Part shown: piece after piece, positions 26,793 through 41,034 of the stretch | Numbering within the stretch: position 1 is the first letter of the stretch | How the letters are laid out: each line of letters opens with the position of its first letter | DNA from: Octopus vulgaris | Lineage: Eukaryota | Assembly: GCA_951406725.2 (NCBI GenBank) | Contig: OX597824.1 | Location: forward strand, 89,404,001-89,468,000 | Length of the DNA stretch: 64,000 nucleotides | Direction: 5' to 3' | Program-made: the position numbers and the translations under genes | The notes under the pieces: generated by a model | Seen by the model: the letters and a program-made list of their open reading frames with translations, nothing else | Databases searched by the model: none | Told to the model about the DNA's origin: nothing

Positions 26793-27405
26793 ACTATCTA
26801 TCTATCTATTTATCTATACTATGTATGCCTGTATACATGCATATGCGTGTGCATGTGTGTGTGTATGTATTTATGTATATATACACTTTATATAATGTAT
26901 TATTTGTAAATTGTGAACCTGCCCATCTTTTTGTTAAGCCATATAGTTAAAAAAAACAAAAACAAAACAGCAAAACGTTAATTCCAATGAACTTGTATGA
27001 AAGCAAATATTCCAAACGTATTTAATCAAATTATAACGAATGACATCACCATACGTTTCAAACCGAACCAAAAGAAAGAGGAGGGTGAATATTGCTAATG
27101 ATATTATATGAATAAATATAAAACAGCACATACTGGGGAAAACAGACGAACGGAATTTACATGTGACAAACTGTTTGCATGTCAAAGGGGTAGCACAATG
27201 ATAAGTATGCGGTGGAATGGTATGTTTGGAAGCTTAAAAAAAAAAACACACAAACAACAAGGGAAGTCCCATGAGGTCTATAGAAATTTGCCAGGAATTA
27301 ATTTCGGGGAATTGGAGTGGAATTGTGCAAATGAAGTGCGATGAAAATTTTGGTATCTCAAGAAATACAGGAAATAAGAAATAAGTGAATATGGCAAGTT
27401 TAGGG

Positions 27406-27459
<54 letters not shown>

Positions 27460-27461
<2 letters not shown>

Positions 27462-27857
27462 TTTTATTCTTTTATTTGTTTCAGTCATTTGTCTGCGGCC
27501 ATGCTGGAGCACCGCCTTTAGCCGAATAAATCGACCCCGAGACTTATTCTTTGTGAGCCTAGCACTCAGTCTATCGGTCTCTTTTGCCGAGCATCTAAGT
27601 CACGGGGACATGAGGACACCAACATTGGTTGTCAACCGATGGTGGGGGGACAAATGCAGACACACAAACATATATATATATATATATATATATATACAAC
27701 GGGCTTCTTTCAGTTTCCATCTACCAAATCCACTCACAAGGCTTTGGTCGGCCCTAGGCTATAGTAGAAGACACTTGCCCAAGGTGCCACACAGTGGAAC
27801 TGAACCCGGAACCATGTGGTTGGTAAGCAAGCTACTTACCACACAGCCACTCCTGCG

Positions 27858-27858
<1 letters not shown>
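27460..27858 (-). mobile_element. SINE family A
   Basis: Full length with an internal (TA)n. Confidence 0.9.
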
Positions 27859-27891
<33 letters not shown>

Positions 27892-28178
27892 CATTATATG
27901 TATGTATAGACATATATTGATGTAAAAATACAGTTTAAGATTACATAATACTATTTTTGTAGAGTACAAGCTTATTATGTGTTTAGAAGGGTGGGTGACA
28001 GTAGTAGACTGGAACTTCGAAGTTCCTGTCATCCCCTCTTGAAAAAATTATGCATACATATGCGTGTGTGCGTATGTGTGCGTGCGTGTCTGGGTATTTG
28101 CGTAAATATATGAGTGTATATGTATACATGCAGCTACATGTGTATACACATGTAAAAGATAAACATTCTATCTATCTT

Positions 28179-28240
<62 letters not shown>

Positions 28241-28242
28241 CA

Positions 28243-28378
<136 letters not shown>

Positions 28379-28529
28379 CATCAAACTATCTATCTGTCTG
28401 TCTGTCTAGTCCTGTGTGGCCAATAAAGAAAGTTATCTGTCTTCCTTCCTTTCTTCCTTCCTTCCTTCCTTCTTTCCTTCTTTCCTTCCTATCTGTGTAT
28501 GTATGTATGTATGTATGTATGTATGTATG

Positions 28530-28557
<28 letters not shown>

Positions 28558-28560
<3 letters not shown>

Positions 28561-28792
28561 CGGTAAGCTTTATGAAAATAGACAAAAGACGAAGGCAGGT
28601 TTACGGAAATAAACAAAAGACGAAGGCAGGTGGAATACAGACAAACAATTGTATTAGTATGGCGCTCAGGAAATATAAATGAAACAAGTCTTTAACGTTT
28701 CGAACCTACGCTCTTCAACAGAAAGATACACAGAGAAAAAAAACACAGAAAGAAGGAGAGAAAAAAATATGCGTGCAAAAGCTAGCGAATCG
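28558..28792 (-). repeat. Hammerhead-like short repeat (copy 3)
   Basis: Reverse complement tcttt-ctgttga-a-gagc gtag gttc-gaaacgtt-aaaga. Abuts (TATG)n and has an internal duplication of acaaaagacgaaggcaggt. Confidence 0.65.
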
Positions 28793-29016
28793 TATGTATC
28801 TATCTATCTGTTTTGTTTGTCTGTCTGTCTACCTATTTATCTATTTGTCTGTCTGGCTGTCTGGCTGGCTGTTTGTCTGTCTCTCTGCCTGTCTATCTAT
28901 TATATACATATTTATGCATATACATACACACACACACACATGCACTTATATATAAGTGTGTGTATGTGTGTTGACTAAGTGGTGCTCGGTCCGTATCTTA
29001 ATTACATGAGCATAAT

Positions 29017-29083
<67 letters not shown>

Positions 29084-29622
29084 ATGATGATGATGATGAT
29101 GACGATGATGTTGATATTAATGATGAGGAGGAATGAGATGCAGATTCATCTTGAAGAGAACTTCCTGTGCGGTGAAGTGTAATTCAGTCTGATTTGCCAC
29201 TTCTGTTACCAAACAGCATACCCCCCACCCCGCCTTACACACACACACACACACACAGAGCCATTCGTGTGTGTGTGTGCGTGTGTGTGTGTGTGTGTGT
29301 GTATGAGTGTGTGTATACACCATATGTAGATATACACGCTACTACACCTAGGTAATTATATATATATAAATATGTATGTATGTATATATATATATATACA
29401 TACATATATATATATACATATATATATATGTACATATATGCGTATATATATATATTACACCATTTAATAAACATACACACTTAAGTACACACATGTAAAT
29501 ACACCCATATACCCTTACACACATACATTCTCATACGAATGAATAAATATGTATATTCATTAGGGTGTAGGTTTGAGTACATATGTGTTTGTATGTGTGT
29601 ATGTTTGTATGTGTACATACGT

Positions 29623-29699
<77 letters not shown>

Positions 29700-29890
29700 C
29701 ACACACATTATATATATATATTCATAGATGAATACTTACATACATACACATAACCTTACACAAGTGTATGTCAGCTAGGGAACCCCCGTTTCTACCCACA
29801 TCTGAGTCAGATAAAGTGAAAGGAAAGAAGGGAGTGAAATAATGAGATAGATAGATAGATAGATAGATAGAATTGAGAGCAAGAGAGAGA

Positions 29891-29934
<44 letters not shown>

Positions 29935-30054
29935 CTGAAAGGCGGAATATGAGTGATTGAACGTGTGAGAGAGTGCGTCAACTAACAGACAGACATACCA
30001 GAACAGTGCAAAAACTTCCAGCCGTAATGCCATTCCATTACCAAGTCATTTAAA

Positions 30055-30120
30055 ATGGCAGCCCTTTCTGTAAAGGACAACACTGGAGATGGACTGGCAG
30101 GCATGCCGGCTATACACGAT
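30055..30120 (+). CDS. Putative first coding exon of an uncharacterised spliced gene (MAALSVKDNTGDGLAGMPAIHD)
   Basis: aaaATGG start context, 22 open codons, then a GTGAGT donor at 30121 (phase 0, matching the phase-0 acceptor at 47713). Non-repetitive sequence downstream of a (GA)n tract. The link across a 17.6 kb intron is inferred. Confidence 0.6.
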
Positions 30121-31029
30121 GTGAGTAGAGCTTTGCAGATAATCTCTAAACGATACTAGAGGCAGTACTGTGTTGTGTTTGTAGTAGGGGTACCATAGAA
30201 TATTTACAAAAGTTCCATATTAAATAAACAATTATGTGTTATATGTGTCTATGATAATAGTACTGTATTTTGTAAAATATTACTATAAAACTACAAACCG
30301 TTCTATGCTTGCTTTGTTAGTATAATGGTCAGTTCAATAGAGGTTTTTGAATATATAGTGTTAAAGAATGCTAGAGAGAGTACTATGTTATGTAAGTAGG
30401 GGTACTATAAAATATTTACAAGCATCAATGTGGTATATGTATAAATAGTTATAGTACTCTGTCCCTAGCCATATTCAGATGGCTTTAGTCCCTTATGTTA
30501 TGGAGTAGTTACTGTCTATATCTCATTTAGAGAATTATTATAGTTATAGTACTGTATTTTGTAAACACTATAGAATTTTATAACGTTCGATGTTTGCGCT
30601 ACTTTGTTAGTATAATGGTCCGTTCTAAAGAATTTTAGAATTCATAGTGGTAACTAGTATTAACACTAAGCATATAGTACTATATAAGCAGCGCCAGAAA
30701 ACCTCAGAAAATGCTCTACTATGTAAAGTAGCGTCTTAATAGTATTATAGACAGTGATGGAAATCGCTGGGTGTGGGATAGACGGAGGTAGCAGTCTTCT
30801 ACTTCTTCAGCCCACGAGGAGCGAGGTAGGGGTCTTGTAGTGTATAACCGCCCAGCACTTTCCATTCTCCTTTCCAACTTCAACCCCCACGTACCTTAGC
30901 CTGGCACCGGGTTCCTTAATCTTAAACGCGTTTATCTCTATCACTGAATGTGGAAGTAAGAAGGGACCACGTTTTTGATAATCCTGTCATTTGTATAGAA
31001 CAGTAAGACCGGGTTTAAACAAATGCTCT

Positions 31030-31420
31030 CTCTTTCACTCTTTTACTCTTTTACTTGTTTCAGTCATTTGACTGCGGCCAAGCTGGAGCACCACCTTTAG
31101 TCGAGCAAATCGACCCCGGGACTTATTCTTTGTAAGCCCAGTACTTATTCTGTCGGTCTCTTTTTGCTGAACCGCTAAGTGACGGGGACGTAAACACACC
31201 AGCATCGGTTGTCAAGCGATGGTGGGAGGACAAACACAGACACACAAACATATACACACACACATATATATATACACATATACGACAGGCTTCTTTCAGT
31301 TTCCGTCTACCAAATCCACTCACAAGGCATTGGTCGGCCCGAGGCTATAGCAGTGGGACTGAACCCGGAACCATGTGGTTGGTAAGCAAGCTACTTACCA
31401 CACAGCCACTCTTACGCCTA
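31030..31420 (-). mobile_element. SINE family A (internal deletion in head)
   Basis: Matches the other family A copies. Confidence 0.9.
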
Positions 31421-31975
31421 ATAATAGTTTCTGTTAAGTTAGGAAGTATTGTGATAAGCGAGATCTAAAGTGCAGTGACCATGCTATTACAGAACCGTCT
31501 AAATGTACTGAATGGGAATCGTATGCTTCGTAGCATTTCTTCCGGATCTGTGTGTTATGAGTTCAAATCCCGCTGAGGTCATTACTTACAGGGTCGATAA
31601 AATAAACAACCAGTTAAATACTGGGGTTGATGGAATCGACTAAGCTCCTCCTTTGAAGTTAGCTGGTCTTGTACCAAATTTTGAAGCACTAAATGTGTGT
31701 GTATGTGTGTATTTGAAGACGGTATTTTGTCTGTGTTTACGTTCTGAGATCAAATTTCACCGAGGTCGACTTTGCCTTTCATCCTTTCGGGGTTGATGAA
31801 ATAAGTATCATTTGAGTACTGTGGTCGATGTAATCGACATACCTACTCTACTGAAATTGCTAGCATTGTACCAAAATTTGAAACCAATGAGTGTGCGTAC
31901 ATGTGTTTGTATGTTAAGATAGGTTTTAAATTAAAAGTACTAAAGATGTTACTATGGTAATGGAGGAATCGAAAC

Positions 31976-32039
<64 letters not shown>

Positions 32040-32344
32040 GTTTATATATATTGGACTCTGGAGAGATCAACAATATTAAAGATGTACTATTTTCATTTTC
32101 CAGTCCACTCAGCTGGCAAAAATGAGTAACGCTGCGATGGACTGACGTCCCGTCCAACTGGGGGACACATACGCCACTGAAACCGGGAAACTTGGCCCAT
32201 GAACCTTGGCTGGGTTTTAAAAGGGCGCATTTTGTTTTTATTTTCATTATAGGCAAAACTCTATCAACATTATAATACTAAATATTATGCTAACAGTTCT
32301 AGAGAAGTTATACAAGAAATAGATCAGAAGACACGAAGTTGACG

Positions 32345-32750
32345 GCCCATGGTTGTGTGGTAAGTAGCTTCCTTACCAACCACATGGTTCCGGGTTCAGT
32401 CCCACTTCGTGGCACCTGAGGCAAGTGCCTTCTACTATAGCCTTGGGCTGACCAAAGCCCTGTGAATGGATTTGGTAGACGGAAACTGAAAGAAGCCCGT
32501 CGTATATATGTATATATATGTGTGTGTGTGTGTGTATATGTTTGTGTGTCTGTGCTTGTTCCACCCCAACATCGCTTGACAACCGATGCTGATGTGTTTT
32601 CGTCCCCGTAACTTAGCGGTTCGGCAAAAGAGACCGATAGAATAAGTACTAGGCTTATTAAGAATTAGTCCTGGGGTCGATTTGCTCGAATAAAGGCGGT
32701 GCTCCGGCATGGTCACAGTCAAATGACTGAAGCACGTGTAAAGAGTAAAG
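32345..32750 (+). mobile_element. SINE family A
   Basis: Full length, inverted relative to 31030-31420. Confidence 0.9.
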
Positions 32751-33301
32751 ATGATCTGTTAGTAGTTATATACTGCAGTTAATTTAATAGTTCTCGACTT
32801 GTAAAGCTGCCAATGTTGAAGGCTATACTATGTTAATAGAGCTTTTAGGCCTCTATGTTAAATGTACTACGAAGTTTATTTCTTATCTGTTGTATAGAAC
32901 TATTTCGGAGATGGCCTTGTCAGACAAACGAGTTGATCTGAGGTCTTGTGTTGAAGCTAATACTGTTATAGTGTGGAAGATGTATTATCCAGTCAAGAAC
33001 ACACAAAAACTATTTACTTCATTTGAACGTTTATTATTTCGTATCAAAATTTTCTTCGCGCACACTCCGACCTGGTCACTTTTCCACTGTAACTGGTTTA
33101 AAGTTACGTTGTTGGTCTGTACACATACACACACACACACATACACACAAGCACACACACACAAGCACACACAAGCACACACACATGCACAAACACACAC
33201 AAACACACACAAACACACACACAAACACACATATTCCCTCACAAAAATACACACACATATTCCCTCACACACACACATTATATATATTATATATTATATA
33301 T

Positions 33302-33341
<40 letters not shown>

Positions 33342-33389
33342 TGACACAAGCTTGGATATGTTTCGACCAAAGATTGGTCCAGACCATGT

Positions 33390-34548
33390 CTGACTTAATA
33401 GCACCACCTGATAGGATTATCTGAATCCTTTTTAAGTCAAGTTTTGTGACTTCAAGTAGTGAGTTCTTGTTGACTGAGTTGTGTCCTAGTATGGGTGGCT
33501 TATCTGGTATTCCTTGAAGAAATTTGTCCAGACTCTTTAAAGGTGATGGGATCCTTTGCGTCTTTTATCTGTTTCGGGACAATGTTAAATAGGGCAGGGC
33601 CTGTTGAGGAAAAGAAATTGTGTTGCAGTGTATTTATGTGTAATGATCATGAATTGAGTTGGGGACGTGTGGCCCGTGATCCTAGCCTTGGATCAATTTT
33701 GAATCTAATATTGGGGTCGTTTGGGCAATGCTGGTGCTATATTCTCCACATCGTACAAATGATGTATTGCTCACGACTGTGCTGGAGAGAATAGAGTTTC
33801 AATGCTTTAAGGCGGTCCTAATAATCGAGATCAGTCATGCCCTTAATTCTTTTAGTGAATGACCTCTGGCGGGATTCAATTTTCGAGATGTTTTGTTTTG
33901 TATGGAGAGACCACAAGGAGCAGCAGTATTCGAGGTGTGGCCGTACAAAGGAGGAGAAAATTGGCATGATGACACCTTGGTCTCTGGACCGTTCTTAGGG
34001 TTCAGCAGCTCATCCTACGAGTTACATCGACTTTATTGTGAATGTGGACACTCCAGCTGAGTTTGTTATCAACAATTACTCTTAGGTCTCTGAAATTGTT
34101 AGATGCTGTGAGTGGTTCCCCTGAAGGAAGAGAGTATGGCTGTTCTAGCATAGGCTTTCTTCCAAAACGCATCAGCTCAAATGTTCCTTCGTTTACTTGC
34201 ATTTTGGTTTTATCTTCCCATTGACTCACAGCATGTAGATCAGACTGGAGTTGAGTCCAGTTTTCTTTTTCATTGATAATGGTTTGGTGCTTAGAGTCAT
34301 CAGCTAATATTTTCACTTTCCTTTGTTTTATGACGCTTGGAAGGTCGTTCATATAGACTAAAAGAGGAGTGGGTCCAAGACACAGACCCCTGGGGGACAC
34401 CACTGGTGACTTTTGTTGGGCTTGAGTGGATTCCAACGATCACAACATGTTGTATTCTGTTCTCCAGGAAATACTCAATCCAGTGTAGAAGTTTTCCACA
34501 GATCCCAACATTTGACAATTTTGACAGAAGGATATTATAGTCAACTCT
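33390..34548 (-). mobile_element. CR1-like LINE, 5'-truncated RT and 3' end, inactivated
   Basis: VDYNILLSKLSNVGICGKLLHWIEYFLENRIQHV..SGVPQGSV, VYMNDLP, LADDSK, LQSDL, DLRVIVDNKLSW and VRPHLEYCCSLW. Frameshifts and stops. Confidence 0.9.
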
Positions 34549-34719
34549 GTTGGGGGCGAAAGATGAGATCAGAGTAATAACTATACTAACAAGTACAGTT
34601 AATCACCACATCACAGTGGCCGTTGCAAATTAATGCTAGTTTAACCTCGTGTGGCGCTACACCCTGTATATACATACGAATTGCTAGCAGGAGGAGCGAA
34701 CCCCTACCATCCTCTAGCA

Positions 34720-34791
34720 GGCAACAGGATCGCGGGACTGACTCAGTTTCGAGCTAATTGGCTCCTCTTCAGTCGCGATTACCTGGTCGCC
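34720..34791 (-). ncRNA. Type I hammerhead ribozyme (predicted cleavage after GUC at 34736)
   Basis: Minus strand reads ggcga c cagg ua aucgcg a CUGAAGA g gagc caauua gcuc GAA acug agu cagU C c cgcgau ccug uugcc. It has the complete core, a 4-bp stem II, a 4-bp stem III, a GUC triplet and a ~15-bp bulged stem I. Confidence 0.8.
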
Positions 34792-35010
34792 AGAGCAATT
34801 ACCAAAGTGATATTATATATGTATGTATGTGTGTATGTATGTATGTATGTATGTGTGTATATATTGCCCGGTGATCGGTTACGTGAAACTCTGAATAACA
34901 GTTTATGAAGCCTTTTCTGCTTCAACAGAACACTGTTAGCTTTGGTATTCGAGTAGTATTTTCTCCTACACGGTCTGCACGTGTGTGCTAACGCGCGTGT
35001 ATGTGTGTGC

Positions 35011-35067
<57 letters not shown>

Positions 35068-35154
35068 TAGAGAGAGAGACAGAGAGATAAAACTTACTTG
35101 GAAAAGAATGCGTGGCGTTCAATCATATAATAATATAAATAATATATAAATATA

Positions 35155-35304
<150 letters not shown>

Positions 35305-36156
35305 ATGGAAATAGAGTGGGAGGGATACCCTGGGCATTGGTCATGTGGTTAATGTCCATTTTGATTTTCTTTCCAATTTGTCAGCTAAAGGGAAACATGC
35401 TTTGCTGTTATTGTTGTTGTTTTTGTTGTTTTTGTTGTTCTAGTTAATGTTGATTGTGATGGTGGGGGTGGTTGTGGTGGGGGTGGTGGTTGTGGTAGCG
35501 GTGGTTGTGGCAGTTGTGTTGGTGGTGGTTGTTAATGATGATGATGGTAATGGTAATGGTACTTATGTTGGTGGTGGTTGTTGTTGTTGTTGTTGCTCTT
35601 GTTGTTGTTGTTGTGGAGGTGGGTGCGGGAGTGGGGTTGGTGGGAATTGATAGCAGTGGTATGTTGGCATTAATAAGAGGCTGGCATTCTCTCTTTTACA
35701 GCAGGATTTCATCTGACACATTGTGATACATACAAAGCACACGGCAGAGCAGCTCATAACACCCCCCCAACCAAAAGTAATAGACAACCACACACACACA
35801 CACACACATACACACACACGCACCCATACGCACACACACACACACACACCCATACGCACACATGCACCACTCATACATTCATAGATACACAAACTAGCAA
35901 AACTATTCTGTTTCAAAAAATTCCTGTAAATTTTTACCATTTTGCTTTCCTTTTTTTTCTTTTTCTTTTTCGAATTCCAGTACCTATTATCAATTAGTCT
36001 AGCCTGACATTAGATAGAGTTGTGTGTATGTATACACGTGGATACATTCCTATGTGTGAATATATGTACGTACGTACGTATGTATGTATGTTTGTATGTA
36101 TGTATACATATACATATTTATATATGTAAAGATATGTACTTGTAGATAAATGTATA

Positions 36157-36297
<141 letters not shown>

Positions 36298-36475
36298 GAA
36301 TGTATGTATATGCGGAGAGAGGGAGAAAAGTGTCCCGCTAATGATGTAATATTTAAACATGTATTATGTTTTATAATCAAAGACCTAACATAGTTGTAGG
36401 CAACATGGTGTACATGTGCCTACGCCTGTGTGTACATACATTCATATATATATATATCTATATATTTATTTTTAC

Positions 36476-36598
<123 letters not shown>

Positions 36599-36774
36599 GT
36601 TACAAAATACAGCTACCCACTCCTCCACCATGCTGTTCCCATTCTTCCGAGTGAATGTCATAACCAGTTTTGGAAAATTGTTCCACAATCATCATCATCA
36701 TCATCATCATCATCACCATCATCATCATCACCATCACCATCACCATCATCACCATCATCACCATCACCACCATT

Positions 36775-36805
<31 letters not shown>

Positions 36806-37319
36806 CCATCATCATCATCACCATCACCACCACCATCACCATCATCACCATCACCACCATTATCATCATCATCATCACCACCATCATCTTCACCACCATC
36901 ACCATCATCATCAATTATCATCATTATCACCATCATCATCACCATCACCATCCTCCTCCTCCTCCTCCTCCTCATCTTCCTCCTCATTATTATTATTATT
37001 ATTATTATTGCTATTCTCGTTAGAGGAAACCGTATCACTGGAACGAGGTAATGGAGTGGGGGTGTTTGTCTTGCAATTGAGTGCGAATGCTGGATTTCTG
37101 TCTGCTAGCAACAGGATCAGCTGATGTGAAGATGTTTGGAACGGTTTAGAGTTTCATGTGAAGCGAGCTGATGCTTGAGATGAGGGGTAAGGAATAAGAG
37201 AAAAGTCGGGAGAGATAAGCTAGATTACCAGTGAAATACGGGTGGATGCAATGCTTGTATGGTTGGATGTACATACATACATACATATATACATATACAT
37301 ACATACATACATACATACA

Positions 37320-37381
<62 letters not shown>

Positions 37382-37390
37382 CATACATAC

Positions 37391-37421
<31 letters not shown>

Positions 37422-37877
37422 CATACATAAATACATACATACATACACACATACATACATACATACATACATACATACATACTTACATCCATACATACAT
37501 ACTTACATACATACACACACATATATACATACATACACACATACATACATAGATACTTACATACATACAGATACATACATATATATATATATAAATATAC
37601 ATACACACACACTTATACATGCATATATATACATGTATACATATATATATATGTATATGTATGTGTGTGTGTGTGTGTGTGTGGATGGTGTCTGGATGGA
37701 TGGTGGATTGATGTATGTATGTGTATTTGTACTTGTATGTATGTGTGATTGTATATAGGGTTACATACATACCTATATGAATGCACACACTTATCCACTG
37801 GTGTGTATATTTATGCAATGGAAGGTACACATATAAATATTTACATATGTGCATATAAATATATGTATGTGGGCGTG

Positions 37878-37918
<41 letters not shown>

Positions 37919-38129
37919 GTGTATATCTATTTCTATCTATCTATCTATTTATCTATCTAGCTTTCTATCTATCTATGTATCTCTATATACATATGTGTGT
38001 GTGTAGGTGTGTGTGTGTGTGTATGTGTGTGTAAAACATAAATTCTGAGTAAATATGCAGAAATGATCACACACGAACAGAACAGTTTACACGTATACAC
38101 TTGAATAAATATGTAATAAATATAAATAA

Positions 38130-38164
<35 letters not shown>

Positions 38165-38270
38165 CTAACAAATACATATCAACAATTAGTTAAGTAGACA
38201 CCTCAACTCCTAACAAGCAACACCAATAGCAAGAACATTTCAACATCAACAAAACCACCACCGCCATCAT

Positions 38271-38371
<101 letters not shown>

Positions 38372-38708
38372 ACAACGGTAACCCGATCAACAGTTTTTCA
38401 GAAATAACAGAAAAGGAGGTTGACAGATAATGCGGTGTAATAAACGGATGCTGTGTGTTTTATGAGAATCGTTTGGGATTGTAGATTCGTGCCACGGTGG
38501 GGGAAGAAGATGATGATGGTGGCATCACTGGGTTCATTTACTCTGGAGATTTATTCCTGCTGAAGAATACATTGTTGGTTGGTTCAGTTATTTAATGATT
38601 TCATGTGCATTGTCTGTATTTACTGTAATATGAATACGTGCAAGTAAATACATGTATGTGTGTTTGTTTGTGTGTGCGTATATGTATATATATATATATA
38701 CATACATC

Positions 38709-38775
<67 letters not shown>

Positions 38776-38787
38776 GGATCTATCTAT

Positions 38788-38873
<86 letters not shown>

Positions 38874-38938
38874 AAGTAGTAAATATATGGCACAACGAAG
38901 TACCGATATTTACTGGAAATATATATATGTATGTATGC

Positions 38939-38984
<46 letters not shown>

Positions 38985-38985
38985 A

Positions 38986-39053
<68 letters not shown>

Positions 39054-39153
39054 TGCATGTACATATATACATACATGTACACATAAATTCAAATATAAAA
39101 CCAATATAAATATATGTACCCCGAAACATATACATACATATATATATGTATAC

Positions 39154-39184
<31 letters not shown>

Positions 39185-40011
39185 GGTGCGTGTGTAAATA
39201 TATGCATGCATATATATGTCCGTGTGTATAGCTGTACACATACACACAATCTCATGTTAACAAGGGACAGAATTATATAACAGTTCTATTCCACTTTTTC
39301 TTATGTAATGTGATGCAATGATATTAATGCCCCGCCATGTAATATGTATAGCGATAATGAACAGGAACGAATTGCATACCGGAAAATCAGTTTATATATC
39401 AGTTCACAAGAACATAGGATAAACAAATACATACACACACATATACATACATACATGCATACATACGTATAATCATACATGCATGCATACATACACACAC
39501 ACATACATACATACACACATACATACATACATACATACATACATACATACATACATACATACATAAATACATGCATGCCTACATAGACACATACATGCAT
39601 GCATTCATACATACATACAAACATATATACATACATACATACATACATACATACTTATATACATACATGCATTCATACATACATACAAACATACATATAA
39701 ACATGCATACATGCATGCGTTCATACATACATGAATTCATACATACATATATACATACATGCATACATGCATACATACATACATACACATATACATGCAT
39801 ACATACATACATACATACATACATACATACATACATACATACATACATACATACGTATAATCATGTATATGTATATGTACATATATATATGCGTAAGTGT
39901 GTGTATACATATATGCATATGTGTGTGTATTTGTGTATCTATGTACGTATATACATACATACACGGGCACACACAAATCTAAACATGCTTGATATATAGA
40001 ATATAAACTGG

Positions 40012-40310
40012 ATCTCCGTCACTTTCCATGATGATGATTTTAATTGCTTATCAACTGAACTATGTCCTCATTGAATGGTAGCTTAATCGGTTGAGTATTC
40101 CGTATATCTATGTCCCCTTAACATATGTAAATGTTATACTCAGTGTGAATCAGATGATACACTTTGCAACAATACTGTTTCTTTGAATTGCGTGTACAGT
40201 TCATGTAAAAGACTTTGGTTTCCCGCCTTTCCAAGACGCCAAGTTGTGGTTTTGAACCCAAGGCTCGGTGATCTCAAAGTCTGTGCCCTCTTAACCACTC
40301 CGCCATGTCA
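40012..40310 (-). mobile_element. Diverged tRNA-headed SINE (family C)
   Basis: Reverse-complement A box TGGCGGAGTGG and B box GGTTCAAAACC. The 3' part resembles 50385-50578 and 2180-2278. Confidence 0.55.
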
Positions 40311-40603
40311 CATCACAATCGTGTAAACACAGACGATAAACAGTACGCAGAGATGCATCCTTATATATAGCCATCTTTGGACAAATACACAGCCAGCCTC
40401 CTACCCACTACCCCCATAAACACAACCCTGCAACATCATTTCTTATTATTATTCCAATAGTATATGTATGCATAGGAGTATATATATATATATATAATGT
40501 ATATATACATATACATATATATATATATACACATATATATATACATATATATATATGTATGCATGTATGTTTATGTATGTATGTTTATGTATATATATGT
40601 TTA

Positions 40604-40691
<88 letters not shown>

Positions 40692-40902
40692 TGTTGTTGT
40701 TTACAGTGTGTTGATGCTTGTATCACTCTTGTTTTTTTCTTTCTATACATACACACACCCATATGTATGGGTGTATGTATGTATGCATGCATGCATGTAT
40801 GTATGTATAAATACACACTTACATACGCACACGCGCATATATACGTGATAATTTGGCTATATGGTAGGCTGTGATGAAACATGGTATGGAGAATTTCCAT
40901 TG

Positions 40903-40945
<43 letters not shown>

Positions 40946-41034
40946 ATATATATATATACATATATAATATAAATAATATATATATATGTGCATATATACA
41001 TACGTATATGTACATACATCTATACGTATATATA

